From: Nitrospirota bacterium
Lineage (GTDB): Bacteria > Nitrospirota > Thermodesulfovibrionia > Thermodesulfovibrionales > UBA9159
Assembly (NCBI GenBank): GCA_963699545.1
Contig: CAVOUE010000003.1
Span: 672,001-736,000, forward strand
Direction of reading: 5' to 3'
Length of the DNA stretch: 64,000 bases
The position numbers were made by a program, and so were the translations under genes. Positions within the stretch are counted from its first letter, which is position 1. Each line of letters starts with the position of its first letter. The notes below the pieces were generated by a model that did not search any database, was not told the origin of the DNA, and saw only the letters and a list, made by a program, of their open reading frames with translations. Below, one piece after another: positions 51,500 through 61,686 of the stretch.

Positions 51500-51597
51500 A
51501 CCCTCCTTGCCCTCGCTGAGGCGAGGGCTGTTCTGCCGCGGGTCCTAGACTCCCGGCGGACCCCCTGACGGGGGAAAATCCATAAGGAGGTGTTCAG
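51500..51597 (+). promoter_or_regulatory. rpsF leader (S6:S18-binding RNA-like)
   Basis: CCTCCTT at about 51502 can pair with the SD AAGGAGG, enclosing GC-rich hairpins and CCG. Confidence 0.55.
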
Positions 51598-51978
51598 ATG
51601 AACATCTACGAAAACATCATCATCCTCAACGCATCCCTCACCGACGAGGAGACCGAAGCATCCACCAAGAAGATAAAAGACCTCATCACCAACTCAGGCG
51701 GAGAGATCCTCAAGGCTGATGCGTGGGGCAGGAGAAAGCTCGCCAATGAGCTGAAGAAGCAGAAAAAAGGGTTTTACGTGTTCCTCGTATTCAGAGCGGC
51801 CTCACCGCTGATCAGGAAACTCGAAGACTATTATAAGGTCTTCGACCCTGTGATAAAATACATGGTGATCAAACTCGAAAAAAAGCAGAGCGCCCATGTC
51901 CTCGAAAGCCTGAGCCAGGCCGAGGCTGCGGCCAAAGCGGCCGCCGCCGCCGCTGCTGAACAGAAGAAAGAGGAATAG
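51598..51978 (+). CDS. rpsF: 30S ribosomal protein S6
   Basis: YENIII, WGRRKLA, operon with ssb-rpsR. Confidence 0.95.
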   Translation: MNIYENIIILNASLTDEETEASTKKIKDLITNSGGEILKADAWGRRKLANELKKQKKGFYVFLVFRAASPLIRKLEDYYKVFDPVIKYMVIKLEKKQSAHVLESLSQAEAAAKAAAAAAAEQKKEE

Positions 51979-52371
51979 ATGTACAACAGGATAATCCTCA
52001 TCGGCAATCTCACCAAAGACCCTGAACTCAGATATACCCCCCAGGGCACGCCGGTATCCACCTTCAGGATAGCGGTGAACACAAAGTATAAGCAGTCCGA
52101 TGAAGCCAGGGAAGATACCCTGTTTATCGACGTCGTCACGTTCGGAAAACAGGCGGAGACCTGCAGCCAGTATCTCAACAAGGGGAAATCCGTTCTCGTG
52201 GAGGGCAGACTGCAGGAGAGGAGATGGGAATCCGACGGGCAGCAACGGAGCAAGTTTGAGGTCGTTGCGCAGACCGTACGGTTCCTGTCAAGGAAGGGCG
52301 GCGGTGAAGGTCAGGGAACTCCTGACACCGAAGTCGCGCCGCCGGAAGGGACTGACCTTGAACCATTTTAA
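51979..52371 (+). CDS. ssb: Single-stranded DNA-binding protein
   Basis: NRIILIGNLTKDPELRYT, VEGRL, C-terminal EPF. Confidence 0.96.
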   Translation: MYNRIILIGNLTKDPELRYTPQGTPVSTFRIAVNTKYKQSDEAREDTLFIDVVTFGKQAETCSQYLNKGKSVLVEGRLQERRWESDGQQRSKFEVVAQTVRFLSRKGGGEGQGTPDTEVAPPEGTDLEPF

Positions 52372-52398
52372 CCTGAACCATTCAGTCATTAGGTCATT

Positions 52399-52647
52399 AT
52401 GGCATTAAGAAAGGAGCGACCATTGCAGCAGAGAAGATTTCAGAGGAGAAAATTTTGCAGGTTCTGTGCAGAGAAATCGGAATTCATAGACTATAAGGAC
52501 CTGAAGACGTTAAGGAGTTTTTTGACCGAGAGGGGGAAGATCCTTCCCAGGCGCATGACCGGGGTGTGCGCGTGCCATCAGCGGAGCCTGAATGAAGCGA
52601 TCAAGAGGGCGCGGAACATCGCGCTTCTCTCATTCGTGGAAAAATAA
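52399..52647 (+). CDS. rpsR: 30S ribosomal protein S18
   Basis: [24 protein letters not shown]. Confidence 0.96.
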   Translation: MALRKERPLQQRRFQRRKFCRFCAEKSEFIDYKDLKTLRSFLTERGKILPRRMTGVCACHQRSLNEAIKRARNIALLSFVEK

Positions 52648-52650
52648 CAG

Positions 52651-52932
52651 GTGAGGATCCCCAGGACATGGGTGCCCCTGATCGCAAAGAAGATGATAGA
52701 TGACCTTGTTGCAAGGGAGCTCATTGTGCCGAGGGTGCCGTTGGGGGAACTTGTTGCAGAAGCGGAGAAGCTCGTCACGGAAGAGCTGATGGTGGAGGAC
52801 AGGGTGAACGACGAGGTCAGGGAGATACTCAAGAAGTTCACCGGAGAGATCGAGAAAGGGAGACTTGACTACCGGAAGGTGTTCGAGCTTACCAAGAGGA
52901 AGATCATCGAGGAAAGAGGGCTTGTGATATGA
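52651..52932 (+). CDS. DUF507 family protein
   Basis: EDRVNDEVREIL...DYRKVF pattern. Confidence 0.75.
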   Translation: MRIPRTWVPLIAKKMIDDLVARELIVPRVPLGELVAEAEKLVTEELMVEDRVNDEVREILKKFTGEIEKGRLDYRKVFELTKRKIIEERGLVI

Positions 52933-53213
52933 TGCTCTCCGATGAGAAGATCTCCCATCTCAGCCATGTCCTGCTCAAAGGACTGACGGACAGGAACCTC
53001 ATAGAGCTCAACGACGAGGAAGGCAAGGTGAGGCGTGAGATGAAACGCTCCACGGTCTCGTTCCTCAAGGTCAGCGAGGATATTGATTCGTCGGTGAGGA
53101 AGAAACTGCAATCCTTCTCAAGAAAGATCATCGAGGGAAGCCCCGAGTGGGAGGTACTGTACAAGAAGTTCTACAGAGAAGAGGCGGCGAGAAAGGGTTT
53201 GTCGCCAGAGTAA
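52929..53213 (+). CDS. DUF507 family protein
   Basis: LSDEKISHLSH...EGSPEWEVLYKKFY.EE. Confidence 0.78.
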   Translation: MMLSDEKISHLSHVLLKGLTDRNLIELNDEEGKVRREMKRSTVSFLKVSEDIDSSVRKKLQSFSRKIIEGSPEWEVLYKKFYREEAARKGLSPE

Positions 53214-53291
53214 AGAAGGCCCTCAGAAGGATTCTCATCTCGTTCTCCTCTGGTCCTTCTCTATATCGGGATCCTCTTTGGTTCACCGTCA

Positions 53292-55287
53292 ATGAAGCAG
53301 TCCCGGTTGTATGCTCCTGCCGTTTATTTCTGGTTTTTCCTCACGCTTCTTTTCATGGCCTTCTATTCATATTCATGCTTTTTCAGGCGTGAAAAACGGT
53401 ATCTGCGGAAGGTCGGAGACGGGTATCTCGTGCAGACCCTTAACACCAGGCACAGGGATGAGAGCGCAAAAAGATATCTCCCCGAAGCCCTGTTGTCCTT
53501 CCTGATCTTCACAGCGGGGGTTATCCATGTCTTCGAACTCACCTGGCTTCATGTCCTCTTCATTCCGCTTCTCTCTGCGTTGTCCCTTGTGTACGGATGG
53601 AAGATCATGATCCCCCTGAGTCTGGCGGTGCCGGCGCTTGAGGTCAGGCATTTCCTGTACGGGAACCGCCTGGAAGCAGGATTTTTCAGCGGTTCGGTGG
53701 TTCTGATCGTTGCCATGGTATCGATCGTTGCAACGAGAGTGAGAAACGAACGGAACAGTCTCAAACAGGAGTTCGATACGCTGAAGGAGGAGGTGGTCGA
53801 AATAGATTCCGGCGCCGATGGTGACATTATCAGAGGAGACAATCTCATTTCTCAGCATCTCCTCTCGACAAGAAAAGCGAACGAGGACATAAAGGAAATG
53901 CTGTCCATTGCGAAACACTCGCTCTCGGCAGGGTCGGTAAGCATGTTCGATCTTCGAGGTAACCAGCTCACGTTCCGGTGCTCCACTGACGGATCTCAGG
54001 GTTCCCCTTCGGGTGAGAGGATGCTTGCCTCATGTGTGAGCCGGAAGATGTCGATGATCTTTGATGCAGTGCCTGCAACAGGCGTGGGAGGGTCTGCTCA
54101 CATTCTCACTCCCGTAGCGGATGGGAATTTGATCGTTGGCGTGTTGACCGCATGGAAAGACAAGACCTCAGGAGACGGCCGTTTTGAGATTCAGGCCTTG
54201 GAGATGTTCTCCCGACAGATCGTGAAGATCCTCCACAGCCAGAGGGTGCATGCGCAAATGAGCAAGGAACATGCAGGGCTGAACATCCTTCACAGGGGAA
54301 GCTCGAGTCTCACGACGTCGCTTAAAACAGAAGATATCGGGCAGCGAATAGTGGAGGCAGCCCGTGCGATCGCGCCTTTATCAACAGCGCTTTTCATGCC
54401 GAACGGTCAGCGTTTCGAGCTGGTCTTTGGCGAAGGGTTCAAGGAAGAGTTCGGACTTACCGAAAGGATATTTGACTTCAGTAATACGCGTATCGGGGTG
54501 GTCAGCAGAGGGACGGAGCCCCACTATCTTTCGGACCTGAAAGTCGAGATGACCGATGAGCGTATCGCCGTCTTCCCTTCTGAGTTTAAGGCGGATAACG
54601 AGGGGTCTGTCTTCATGCTTCCCCTTTCATACGAGAGGGAACTCCTTGGGATGCTCGTCCTGTCCTCTCAAAAGAGGAACGCGCTCAGTTCATATCAGAT
54701 CGAGCTGCTGGAGCTCCTCGGGAATCAGGCGTCATCGTCCCTTGCAAATGCGAAATTTCACGCGGAAATAGAGAGGATGGCCATAACCGACGGTCTCACG
54801 GGGCTTTTCAACCACAGGAATTTTCAGGAGAAGCTGACCGAAGAGTTCAACAGGATGCAGCGCTTCGCAAACCCTCTCTCGGTTCTCCTTATTGATATCG
54901 ACTTCTTCAAGAAGATCAATGACACCCACGGACATCCCGCAGGAGACGAGGTGCTTAGGGGGGTGGCAGGTGTCATAAAGGAGACGATACGAACGGTGGA
55001 TATTCCCGCCCGATACGGTGGAGAGGAGTTCGCTGTCGTACTTCCGGGAGACGAACCACGAAGGGGCGCGAAAGATGGCGGAAAGGCTGAGGAATGCGAT
55101 CGCAGGGAAAGCGTTCTCCGTCGACGGGAAGATACTGCAGGTGACGGTGAGTATCGGCGCTGCCACGTCTCCCCACGATACGGGGAACAGGGATGAACTC
55201 ATAGAGAAGGCGGATCAGGCGCTTTACCATGCGAAGAGGAACGGGAGAGACCGGTGCGTGCTATGGAACGATTTACCTCACACGTAA
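53292..55287 (+). CDS. Membrane GAF-GAF-GGDEF diguanylate cyclase (frameshift near 55045)
   Basis: TDGLTGL, DIDFFK.INDTHGH.AGD, RYGGEEF; C-terminus (VTVSIG, ADQALYHAK) in ORF 55018-55287. Confidence 0.88.
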
Positions 55288-55568
55288 CAGAAGAAGAGAT
55301 CAGAAAAGAGAGGGCAAAGGCCCGTGAGTTGAGGCAGACGCAGTGGTGGAAGAGAAAGCGCGCTTCCGGAGAGTGCTATTACTGCAGGAAGAAGATGAAG
55401 CCGAAAGAGCTCACCATGGACCACATCGTTCCGATCATCAGGGGCGGAAGATCCACAAAGGGGAATGTGGTGCCGGTATGCAAGAAATGCAACGACCGGA
55501 AAAAATATCTCCTTCCCCTTGAGTGGGAAGAGCATCTGGAGCGTTTGAAAAAAGGAGAGGAAGAATAA
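55263..55568 (+). CDS. HNH endonuclease family protein
   Basis: CYYC, LTMDHIVP, GGRSTKGNVVPVCKKCN. Confidence 0.9.
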   Translation: MERFTSHVTEEEIRKERAKARELRQTQWWKRKRASGECYYCRKKMKPKELTMDHIVPIIRGGRSTKGNVVPVCKKCNDRKKYLLPLEWEEHLERLKKGEEE

Positions 55569-55953
55569 CGAGCGCCCGTCCTCTCTGTGATATCTGCGAC
55601 AACAAGAACGATGACAGACCCCGCAAGGACGTCGCGGGGATAGTCGACCGCTCCTGCACGGCGGACATCGCCACGTTCTTCGATTAGCCAACCCCTCCCA
55701 GCAGAAACAGTCCTGAACGCTTCTCCATATGTATCCCCCTCAGTTGCATAGACTCTTGACAAAACCAGCGCGCCTGTCATGATGAAAAGAAAGAGATAAA
55801 ACGGGCTGTGCTAAGGGGGGCGATGTTCAGCAAAACAATGTACGGCCCTAAGGCCGGGGCCCTGGACGGCCGCTGGAACCCGCCGTCGGTGAAGCGGATT
55901 TGGAGAAGACGCAGGATAGGAGAGGTGCAGCCGATCAAAAAAGGGGAAAAGGT

Positions 55954-56562
55954 ATGAAGACAAGAATGATACTGTGCTGGTGTCTTGTGATTATTGCTTC
56001 CTTTGTGTGCGCATCGTGTGCAACAACCACGATCACCGCTGTCTGGAGGGGCGAGAGCTATAAGGGGCCTGTCAGGAAGATAGCTGTTATAGGGGTCTCG
56101 AATAAACCTGTCATAAGGAACCTTTTTGAGGACGAGTTTGTGAGGGAACTGAAGGTCCGCGGCACTGATGCGATGGCGAGTTATACAATACTCACCTTTG
56201 ATCAATTGGCGGATAAGGAGACGGTTCAGTCCAGGATCAGGGAACTGGGCGCTGATGCGGTTCTCATGACAAGGATGGTCGATAGAAAGACGGTGCAAAC
56301 GTATATCCCCGGACAGGTCTATGTGATGCCGAATTACTACTATGGCTGGTCAGGCTATTATGGAAACGTCTTCGTCACACCGGGATTTACAGTCCAGGAT
56401 GAGTATGCCTTCCTGGAAACAAACGTGTATGACCTCAAGACCGAACAGCTGGTCTGGAGCGCCAGGTCCGAGACCTGGATGCCGGACAGTGACCAGGAAT
56501 TGATCAAGTCATTTATCGGGGTTATCATCAGCAGGCTCTCTGCAGATGAGGTTATCAAATAG
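55954..56562 (+). CDS. Putative lipoprotein
   Basis: Lipobox-like ASC, RNLFED, LETNVYD, LVWSA. Confidence 0.7.
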   Translation: MKTRMILCWCLVIIASFVCASCATTTITAVWRGESYKGPVRKIAVIGVSNKPVIRNLFEDEFVRELKVRGTDAMASYTILTFDQLADKETVQSRIRELGADAVLMTRMVDRKTVQTYIPGQVYVMPNYYYGWSGYYGNVFVTPGFTVQDEYAFLETNVYDLKTEQLVWSARSETWMPDSDQELIKSFIGVIISRLSADEVIK

Positions 56563-56804
56563 CGTGGAGCCAGGGGAAAGGAGTAAAGAGATGAAGACAG
56601 GAGCAGTTGTAACACAGGAAATGAAGACCGCCGACAAGGAAGAGGCGGAGAAATCACATAAGGAAGCCGTTCTGAAGAAAGGGCTGTCCGATTAAGATAA
56701 GGAGAACACCTATGTCAGCTCGCGTTCCCGAAATGAGAGAAAGAGAGGATATGAGAACTCTGAAAATGGCGGTAAAGAGAATTTTGAAACTTGGAGGAAT
56801 CGAC

Positions 56805-57968
56805 ATGAAAGTGGAACAGAAGTTCGGTTTTTTTATTATTTGGGCGTTGGTCCTGCTCATGGCGGTGCCGCCGGTAATCTTTGCCCAGGAGGGCGGGGCA
56901 AAACCAGCTTTAAAGCAGGAGCAGCTCGAGCAGTTGCTTGCTCCAATCGCGCTTTATCCTGATTCGCTGCTTACCCAGATACTGATGGCTTCCACGTATC
57001 CGCTTGAGGTTGTGCAGGCTGATCGCTGGGCAAAGCAGAACAAGAATATGAAGGGTGACGCATTGGCAAAAGCCCTTGAAGCTCAGACCTGGGACCCGAG
57101 CGTCAAGTCCCTGGTGAACTTTCCCCAGGTCTTGCAGATGATGAGCGAGAAGCTTGATCTGACGCAGAAGTTGGGAGATGCCTTTTTAGGTCAGCAAAAG
57201 GATGTTATGGCAACTATCCAGAAGCTTCGGGCCAAGGCACAGGCGGCGGGCAACCTGAAGACTACCAAGGAGCAGGTCGTCAAGGTAGAACAAGAGGTCA
57301 TCATCATCGAATCTCCCAGCCCGACGGTCATCTATGTGCCGGCTTATAATCCGACTGTTGTTTACGGGGCATGGGCCTATCCCGCCTATCCGCCATATCC
57401 CTATTATCCTCCCGGTTATGCGGCAGGCGCTGCCTTTGTTACAGGCGTTGCGGTTGGTGCCGCCTGGGGCTATGCGTGGGGCAATGCCAACTGGAACGGA
57501 GGCACTGTCAATGTCAACGTTAATCAGAATACCAACATAAACAGCAATATTAACCGGGCGCAGTACGCGAGTCAATACCCGAGCGGCCAGAGCCAATGGA
57601 AGCAGCAGGCGACGACATCTCAGCAGGTGCAGGCGCGGCAGGCTTACAAGGGCTACACAGGGAGTGCCCTGACACCCAGTGAGCAGCAGCAGGCTCAACA
57701 GAAGGCGCAGCAGGCCCAGCAACAACAAACAGGCCAGCAGGCGCAACAAAAACAAACAGCACAGCAGGCCGCCGGCAAGCAAGCCAGTTCCGGCAGCAAG
57801 CAAGGCGGCGGCGCTTTTGAAGGAATGGACAAGGGAAGTTCAGTCAACAATGCCAGTGCGCGTGGAAGCAGTAGTCGTGAAAGCATGTCCGGCGGAGCCG
57901 GTGGAGGCAGAAGTGCCGGCGGTGGCGGAGGCAGAAGTGGTGGAGGTGGCGGAGGCGGCCGTAGATAG
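56805..57968 (+). CDS. DUF3300 domain protein with Gln/Gly-rich tail
   Basis: LLAPIALYPDSLLTQILMASTYPLEVVQA, WDPSVKSL, YVPAYNP. Confidence 0.9.
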   Translation: MKVEQKFGFFIIWALVLLMAVPPVIFAQEGGAKPALKQEQLEQLLAPIALYPDSLLTQILMASTYPLEVVQADRWAKQNKNMKGDALAKALEAQTWDPSVKSLVNFPQVLQMMSEKLDLTQKLGDAFLGQQKDVMATIQKLRAKAQAAGNLKTTKEQVVKVEQEVIIIESPSPTVIYVPAYNPTVVYGAWAYPAYPPYPYYPPGYAAGAAFVTGVAVGAAWGYAWGNANWNGGTVNVNVNQNTNINSNINRAQYASQYPSGQSQWKQQATTSQQVQARQAYKGYTGSALTPSEQQQAQQKAQQAQQQQTGQQAQQKQTAQQAAGKQASSGSKQGGGAFEGMDKGSSVNNASARGSSSRESMSGGAGGGRSAGGGGGRSGGGGGGGRR

Positions 57969-58018
57969 TTGCCGGTGTTAACTGGCAGTCACCAGAGATT
58001 ATAAAGGAGGAAAGGATT

Positions 58019-58975
58019 ATGATTCTCAAGATAAAAGAAAAGAATATATCGGTGTGGCCCGTCATCCTGATCGCCGTCCTCGTCCTGTTCACTGTGGGCC
58101 TCGCCTTCGGCGGGACATCAAAGGTAACGCAGAAACAGAAGACATTTAGTTCGCCTGAGGAGGCGGTGAAAGCTGCCGTGACAGCAGCAAAGAACGATGA
58201 TGACAAAGAGCTTATTGCGATCTTTGGCGCTTCGGCAAAGGATCTGATCTCTTCAGGAGACGCCGTTGCCGACAAACAGAGGCGCGAGCGCTTTCTGGCG
58301 GCATATGATGAAAAGAACAGTCTTGTCTCAGGAAAAGGCGGCATGGTCCTGGTGATCGGAAATAATGACTGGCCTTTTCCTATCCCTATTGTGAAGAAAG
58401 GCGAGTCCTGGTTCTTCGATACGGACAAAGGAAGGGAGGAGATCCTGAACCGCCGTATTGGAGATAATGAACTCAGCTCTATTCAGACCATGCTCGCCAT
58501 TGTCGATGCCCAGCGTGAATATGCAAGGAGGGTTATCGGTAGTGACGGCATACCCCAGTATGCCCGGAAGTTCATAAGCGACACGGGAAAGAAGAACGGG
58601 CTCTACTGGGAGACAAAGGAAGGGGAGAAGCCCAGTCCGATCGGCCCTGCTTTGGCTAAAGCAAAGGCGGAGGGATACACAAGCAAGAAGTCCGGCGACG
58701 AACCCTCTCCTTTTCACGGCTACTATTTCAGAATTCTGACAGCACAGGGGAAGAATGCTCCCGGCGGAGCATTTAATTACGTCATCAAGGGCAAGATGAT
58801 CGGCGGTTTTGCCGTGGTTGCCTATCCGGCAAAGTATGGTAATTCCGGTGTGATGACTTTTGTGGTGAACCACGACGGAGTGCTTTATGAGAAGGACCTT
58901 GGCAAGAACACAGAGAAGATCGCCAAGGCGACGAAGAAATTCGATCCTGATAAGACATGGAAGAAAGTTGAGTAG
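58019..58975 (+). CDS. DUF2950 domain protein
   Basis: WPFPIPIVK, RRIGDNEL, GLYW, PFHGYYFRIL, YGNSGVMTF. Confidence 0.9.
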   Translation: MILKIKEKNISVWPVILIAVLVLFTVGLAFGGTSKVTQKQKTFSSPEEAVKAAVTAAKNDDDKELIAIFGASAKDLISSGDAVADKQRRERFLAAYDEKNSLVSGKGGMVLVIGNNDWPFPIPIVKKGESWFFDTDKGREEILNRRIGDNELSSIQTMLAIVDAQREYARRVIGSDGIPQYARKFISDTGKKNGLYWETKEGEKPSPIGPALAKAKAEGYTSKKSGDEPSPFHGYYFRILTAQGKNAPGGAFNYVIKGKMIGGFAVVAYPAKYGNSGVMTFVVNHDGVLYEKDLGKNTEKIAKATKKFDPDKTWKKVE

Positions 58976-59075
58976 AGCGGGGCAGAGGTCGCGGGCGGCG
59001 CTAGGGCCGAGCCGGACAGCGCCTCTTTGGCAAAGGTATCACAGGAAAAGAGAAGACTGAGGGAAGGAGGTGACG

Positions 59076-59510
59076 ATGATGAAAAAAATAATCGTGAAAA
59101 TAATTCAGACAAAGGGGAAAACATTTTGTTCGGTCTTGCTCGGGTTGACCGTGATATGCGCTGCGTTCCTGCTCGCCGGGATGGCAGTTCCGGCCATGGC
59201 AGATGATGGCGATCAAAAACCTATTGCTGTCATTGACGGGACTCTGAAGGTCACTGTGGGCAAGCCCGTCTATCTCGACGGGTCTCTTAGTAAGGATCCA
59301 GGCGGGAATGCCCTCAGTTACCTCTGGACGCTGGAATCTGCTCCTTCGGGCAGCATTGCCACGATCGAAGACAGATCTTCCCGACGAGCCCAATTCGAAG
59401 GAGATGTGGTTGGCACTTACAGGGTTAAGCTGATCGTAAATAACGGATCTGTGGATAGCAACCCGGCTTATGCGACCATCACTGTCACAAAAGAGGCATA
59501 CCAGTGGTAA
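59076..59510 (+). CDS. Secreted PKD/Ig-like domain protein
   Basis: LDGSLSKDP..LSYLW, GTYRVKLIVNNG. Confidence 0.75.
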   Translation: MMKKIIVKIIQTKGKTFCSVLLGLTVICAAFLLAGMAVPAMADDGDQKPIAVIDGTLKVTVGKPVYLDGSLSKDPGGNALSYLWTLESAPSGSIATIEDRSSRRAQFEGDVVGTYRVKLIVNNGSVDSNPAYATITVTKEAYQW

Positions 59511-59578
59511 CGAACGTGAGAGGAGGAACTCGAATGGGTTCTATCTTTGGTAAGACTAAAACAAGAAAGGAGAGTACG

Positions 59579-60406
59579 ATGAAAGACTTTTATTTGCTCA
59601 GAGCAGTAAAGGTAACAGTGTTAGCACTTGTGGCGGCGGGGTTGCTTTTCTCCGGCACGATTGCGAATGCAGCAGAACCCAAACTGGATGAGGACTGGCA
59701 TTTCACGCTCATCCCCTATATCTGGGTGCCCAGCGTCCATGGCAAGATGAACATAAACCTTCCCGAGAGCTCGGGTGGCGGCAACATTGGCATCAATCCG
59801 GACAATTACGTAGCCAATCTCAAGTTTGCTGCGATGCTTTCGATGGTGCTGGAGAAAGGAAACTGGTCCCTTCTGTCCGATATCATGTACGTGAATTTTT
59901 CTGATAACAGGCAAGCGAACTTTTCAGGGCCTTCAGGCAACGGGCTGGAGATTAACGCTGATACCAGCCTTAAGGCGACGGTCTTTGAGATAGCCCCTGC
60001 ATACTCCTTGTATCGCACTGAGAGTGCGAAGTTTGATCTGCTTGCGGGCATTCGATATGTAAACATTGATTCCGAAGCCACACTGGACCCCACCGCAACA
60101 CTTCCCGTCGATCTCCCTTCGCGCACGTTCTCCGCCAAGAAAGATTATGTTGACCCGATCATTGGGTTCAAAGGCAGATTTGAATTGGGTGATAACTGGT
60201 TTCTGCCTTATTATCTTGACTTCGGCGGCTTCGGGGTGAACAACGAATGGAATTGGCAGGCTTTTGGGGGAGTTGGTTACCGTTTCAGTAAACTGTTCTC
60301 AATGACGCTGGTTTACCGCCATCTGCAGTACAATTTTGATGACAATAAACTCGTGAAGGATTTGTATCTTAGCGGTGTGCAACTCGGGTTCCTCTTCCGG
60401 TTCTGA
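59579..60406 (+). CDS. Putative outer-membrane beta-barrel protein
   Basis: Signal peptide, PYIWVP, DPIIG, DFGGFG, C-terminal FRF. Confidence 0.75.
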   Translation: MKDFYLLRAVKVTVLALVAAGLLFSGTIANAAEPKLDEDWHFTLIPYIWVPSVHGKMNINLPESSGGGNIGINPDNYVANLKFAAMLSMVLEKGNWSLLSDIMYVNFSDNRQANFSGPSGNGLEINADTSLKATVFEIAPAYSLYRTESAKFDLLAGIRYVNIDSEATLDPTATLPVDLPSRTFSAKKDYVDPIIGFKGRFELGDNWFLPYYLDFGGFGVNNEWNWQAFGGVGYRFSKLFSMTLVYRHLQYNFDDNKLVKDLYLSGVQLGFLFRF

Positions 60407-60498
60407 GCGATCGGCGAACGGAAAGGTTGGTTTTGGTACTGCCCCTGTGTCTCGGGGAGCAGCTGATATTATTGCTGCGGAAAGAGGGATTCACTGAC

Positions 60499-61686
60499 TT
60501 GAACGATACACAGCTGATCGAAAGGACGTCACACATCTCGTTCCATCTGCGGGAAGCAGGCGAATGCCAGGTGTTTCTCGTGGCATCGGCGAAGCCTCGT
60601 GCTGAAGGCAGTGAGGCTGTCCGCGAATCGTACGCCTGCATCGCAGAGGTATTGAGGGAGCGCGGGCTGGAGATCGTCCATGAACGGGTCTTCGGCAGCC
60701 TGTCCGTGGAACCGCTTGTCATGGCAGCCCGACAGCATGCGCTCCGGAGTTGCGGTATCCATTCGAATAATCCGGTCAGCTATATTGAGGGCGATCCGCT
60801 CCGGGGAGAAGGGTTCGCCGGCACGATCATCCATGGAGTTTCCCCGGACAGTCCTCATGATGTCTGGACGATCATGGACGGGGAATATCCTTGCGGACGG
60901 GGATGGCGGAGGAATGGCTCCAGCTATCTCGTGATCCAAAACATGAGCGGAAATGTGGGTGGTTCAAATGGCAATGGGACCAGACATCTCCAAGTGCGTC
61001 AGATGCTCGATCGCGCGGAACGGATCCTTCGCGAGAACGGCGCATCGTACCGTGACGTGGTAAGGACATGGTTCTATCTCTCCGACATACTGGACTGGTA
61101 TGCGGCGTTCAATAAGGTCAGGAATGAAAAATACGGGGAGTTCGGCATCATGCCGGGCCCCGGTGACAGGGACCTCCTGCTTCCTGCAAGCACCGGGATC
61201 AGGGGTGACACGCCTTCGGGCGCAGCTGCCACCATGGACCTTATCGCCATTGCAGGAGAAGCCGACACCCGTTCCGTCGTTAGACAACTGACCAACGCTT
61301 CACAGCTTGATGCCTTTCGCTACGGATCGGCTTTTTCGCGGGGAGCGCTTATTCAAGAACCCGATGTTTCCCTGATCGAGGTCTCTGGCACCGCTTCAAT
61401 CGACGAACGGGGCAAGAGCCAATTTCCCGGTGATATACGCGGCCAGATCAACTGCACCTTCGACAGGATCGAAACACTCCTCGGTCAGGAAGGGGCCGGA
61501 CTCAGAGACATTGCTGCAGCCACTGTGTTTGTGAAAAGGCCGGAATATGCTCCCATCTTTTGGGAAATGGCGAAGGACCGCGGACTGGAAGAATTCCCTG
61601 CTGTGTGCGTTGTTGCCGATGTCTGCCGGGACGAACTGCTCTTTGAGATCGATGCTGAAGCGGTGGTGAGAAAAGGATCACCATGA
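60499..61686 (+). CDS. Two-domain Rid/YjgF (chorismatase-like) protein; start uncertain
   Basis: VVRTWFYL, PASTGI, FSRG, VSGTASID, ADVCRDELLFEIDA. Confidence 0.75.
   Translation: MNDTQLIERTSHISFHLREAGECQVFLVASAKPRAEGSEAVRESYACIAEVLRERGLEIVHERVFGSLSVEPLVMAARQHALRSCGIHSNNPVSYIEGDPLRGEGFAGTIIHGVSPDSPHDVWTIMDGEYPCGRGWRRNGSSYLVIQNMSGNVGGSNGNGTRHLQVRQMLDRAERILRENGASYRDVVRTWFYLSDILDWYAAFNKVRNEKYGEFGIMPGPGDRDLLLPASTGIRGDTPSGAAATMDLIAIAGEADTRSVVRQLTNASQLDAFRYGSAFSRGALIQEPDVSLIEVSGTASIDERGKSQFPGDIRGQINCTFDRIETLLGQEGAGLRDIAAATVFVKRPEYAPIFWEMAKDRGLEEFPAVCVVADVCRDELLFEIDAEAVVRKGSP

Noticed and set aside
53292-55287. Second GGDEF protein as a cGAMP synthase or a pseudogene
   Set aside because: It also has Asp (GHPAGDEV); its single frameshift fits the window-wide indel pattern.
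57590-57965. Gln/Gly-rich repeats as a DNA repeat array
   Set aside because: Low-complexity coding tail of the DUF3300 protein.
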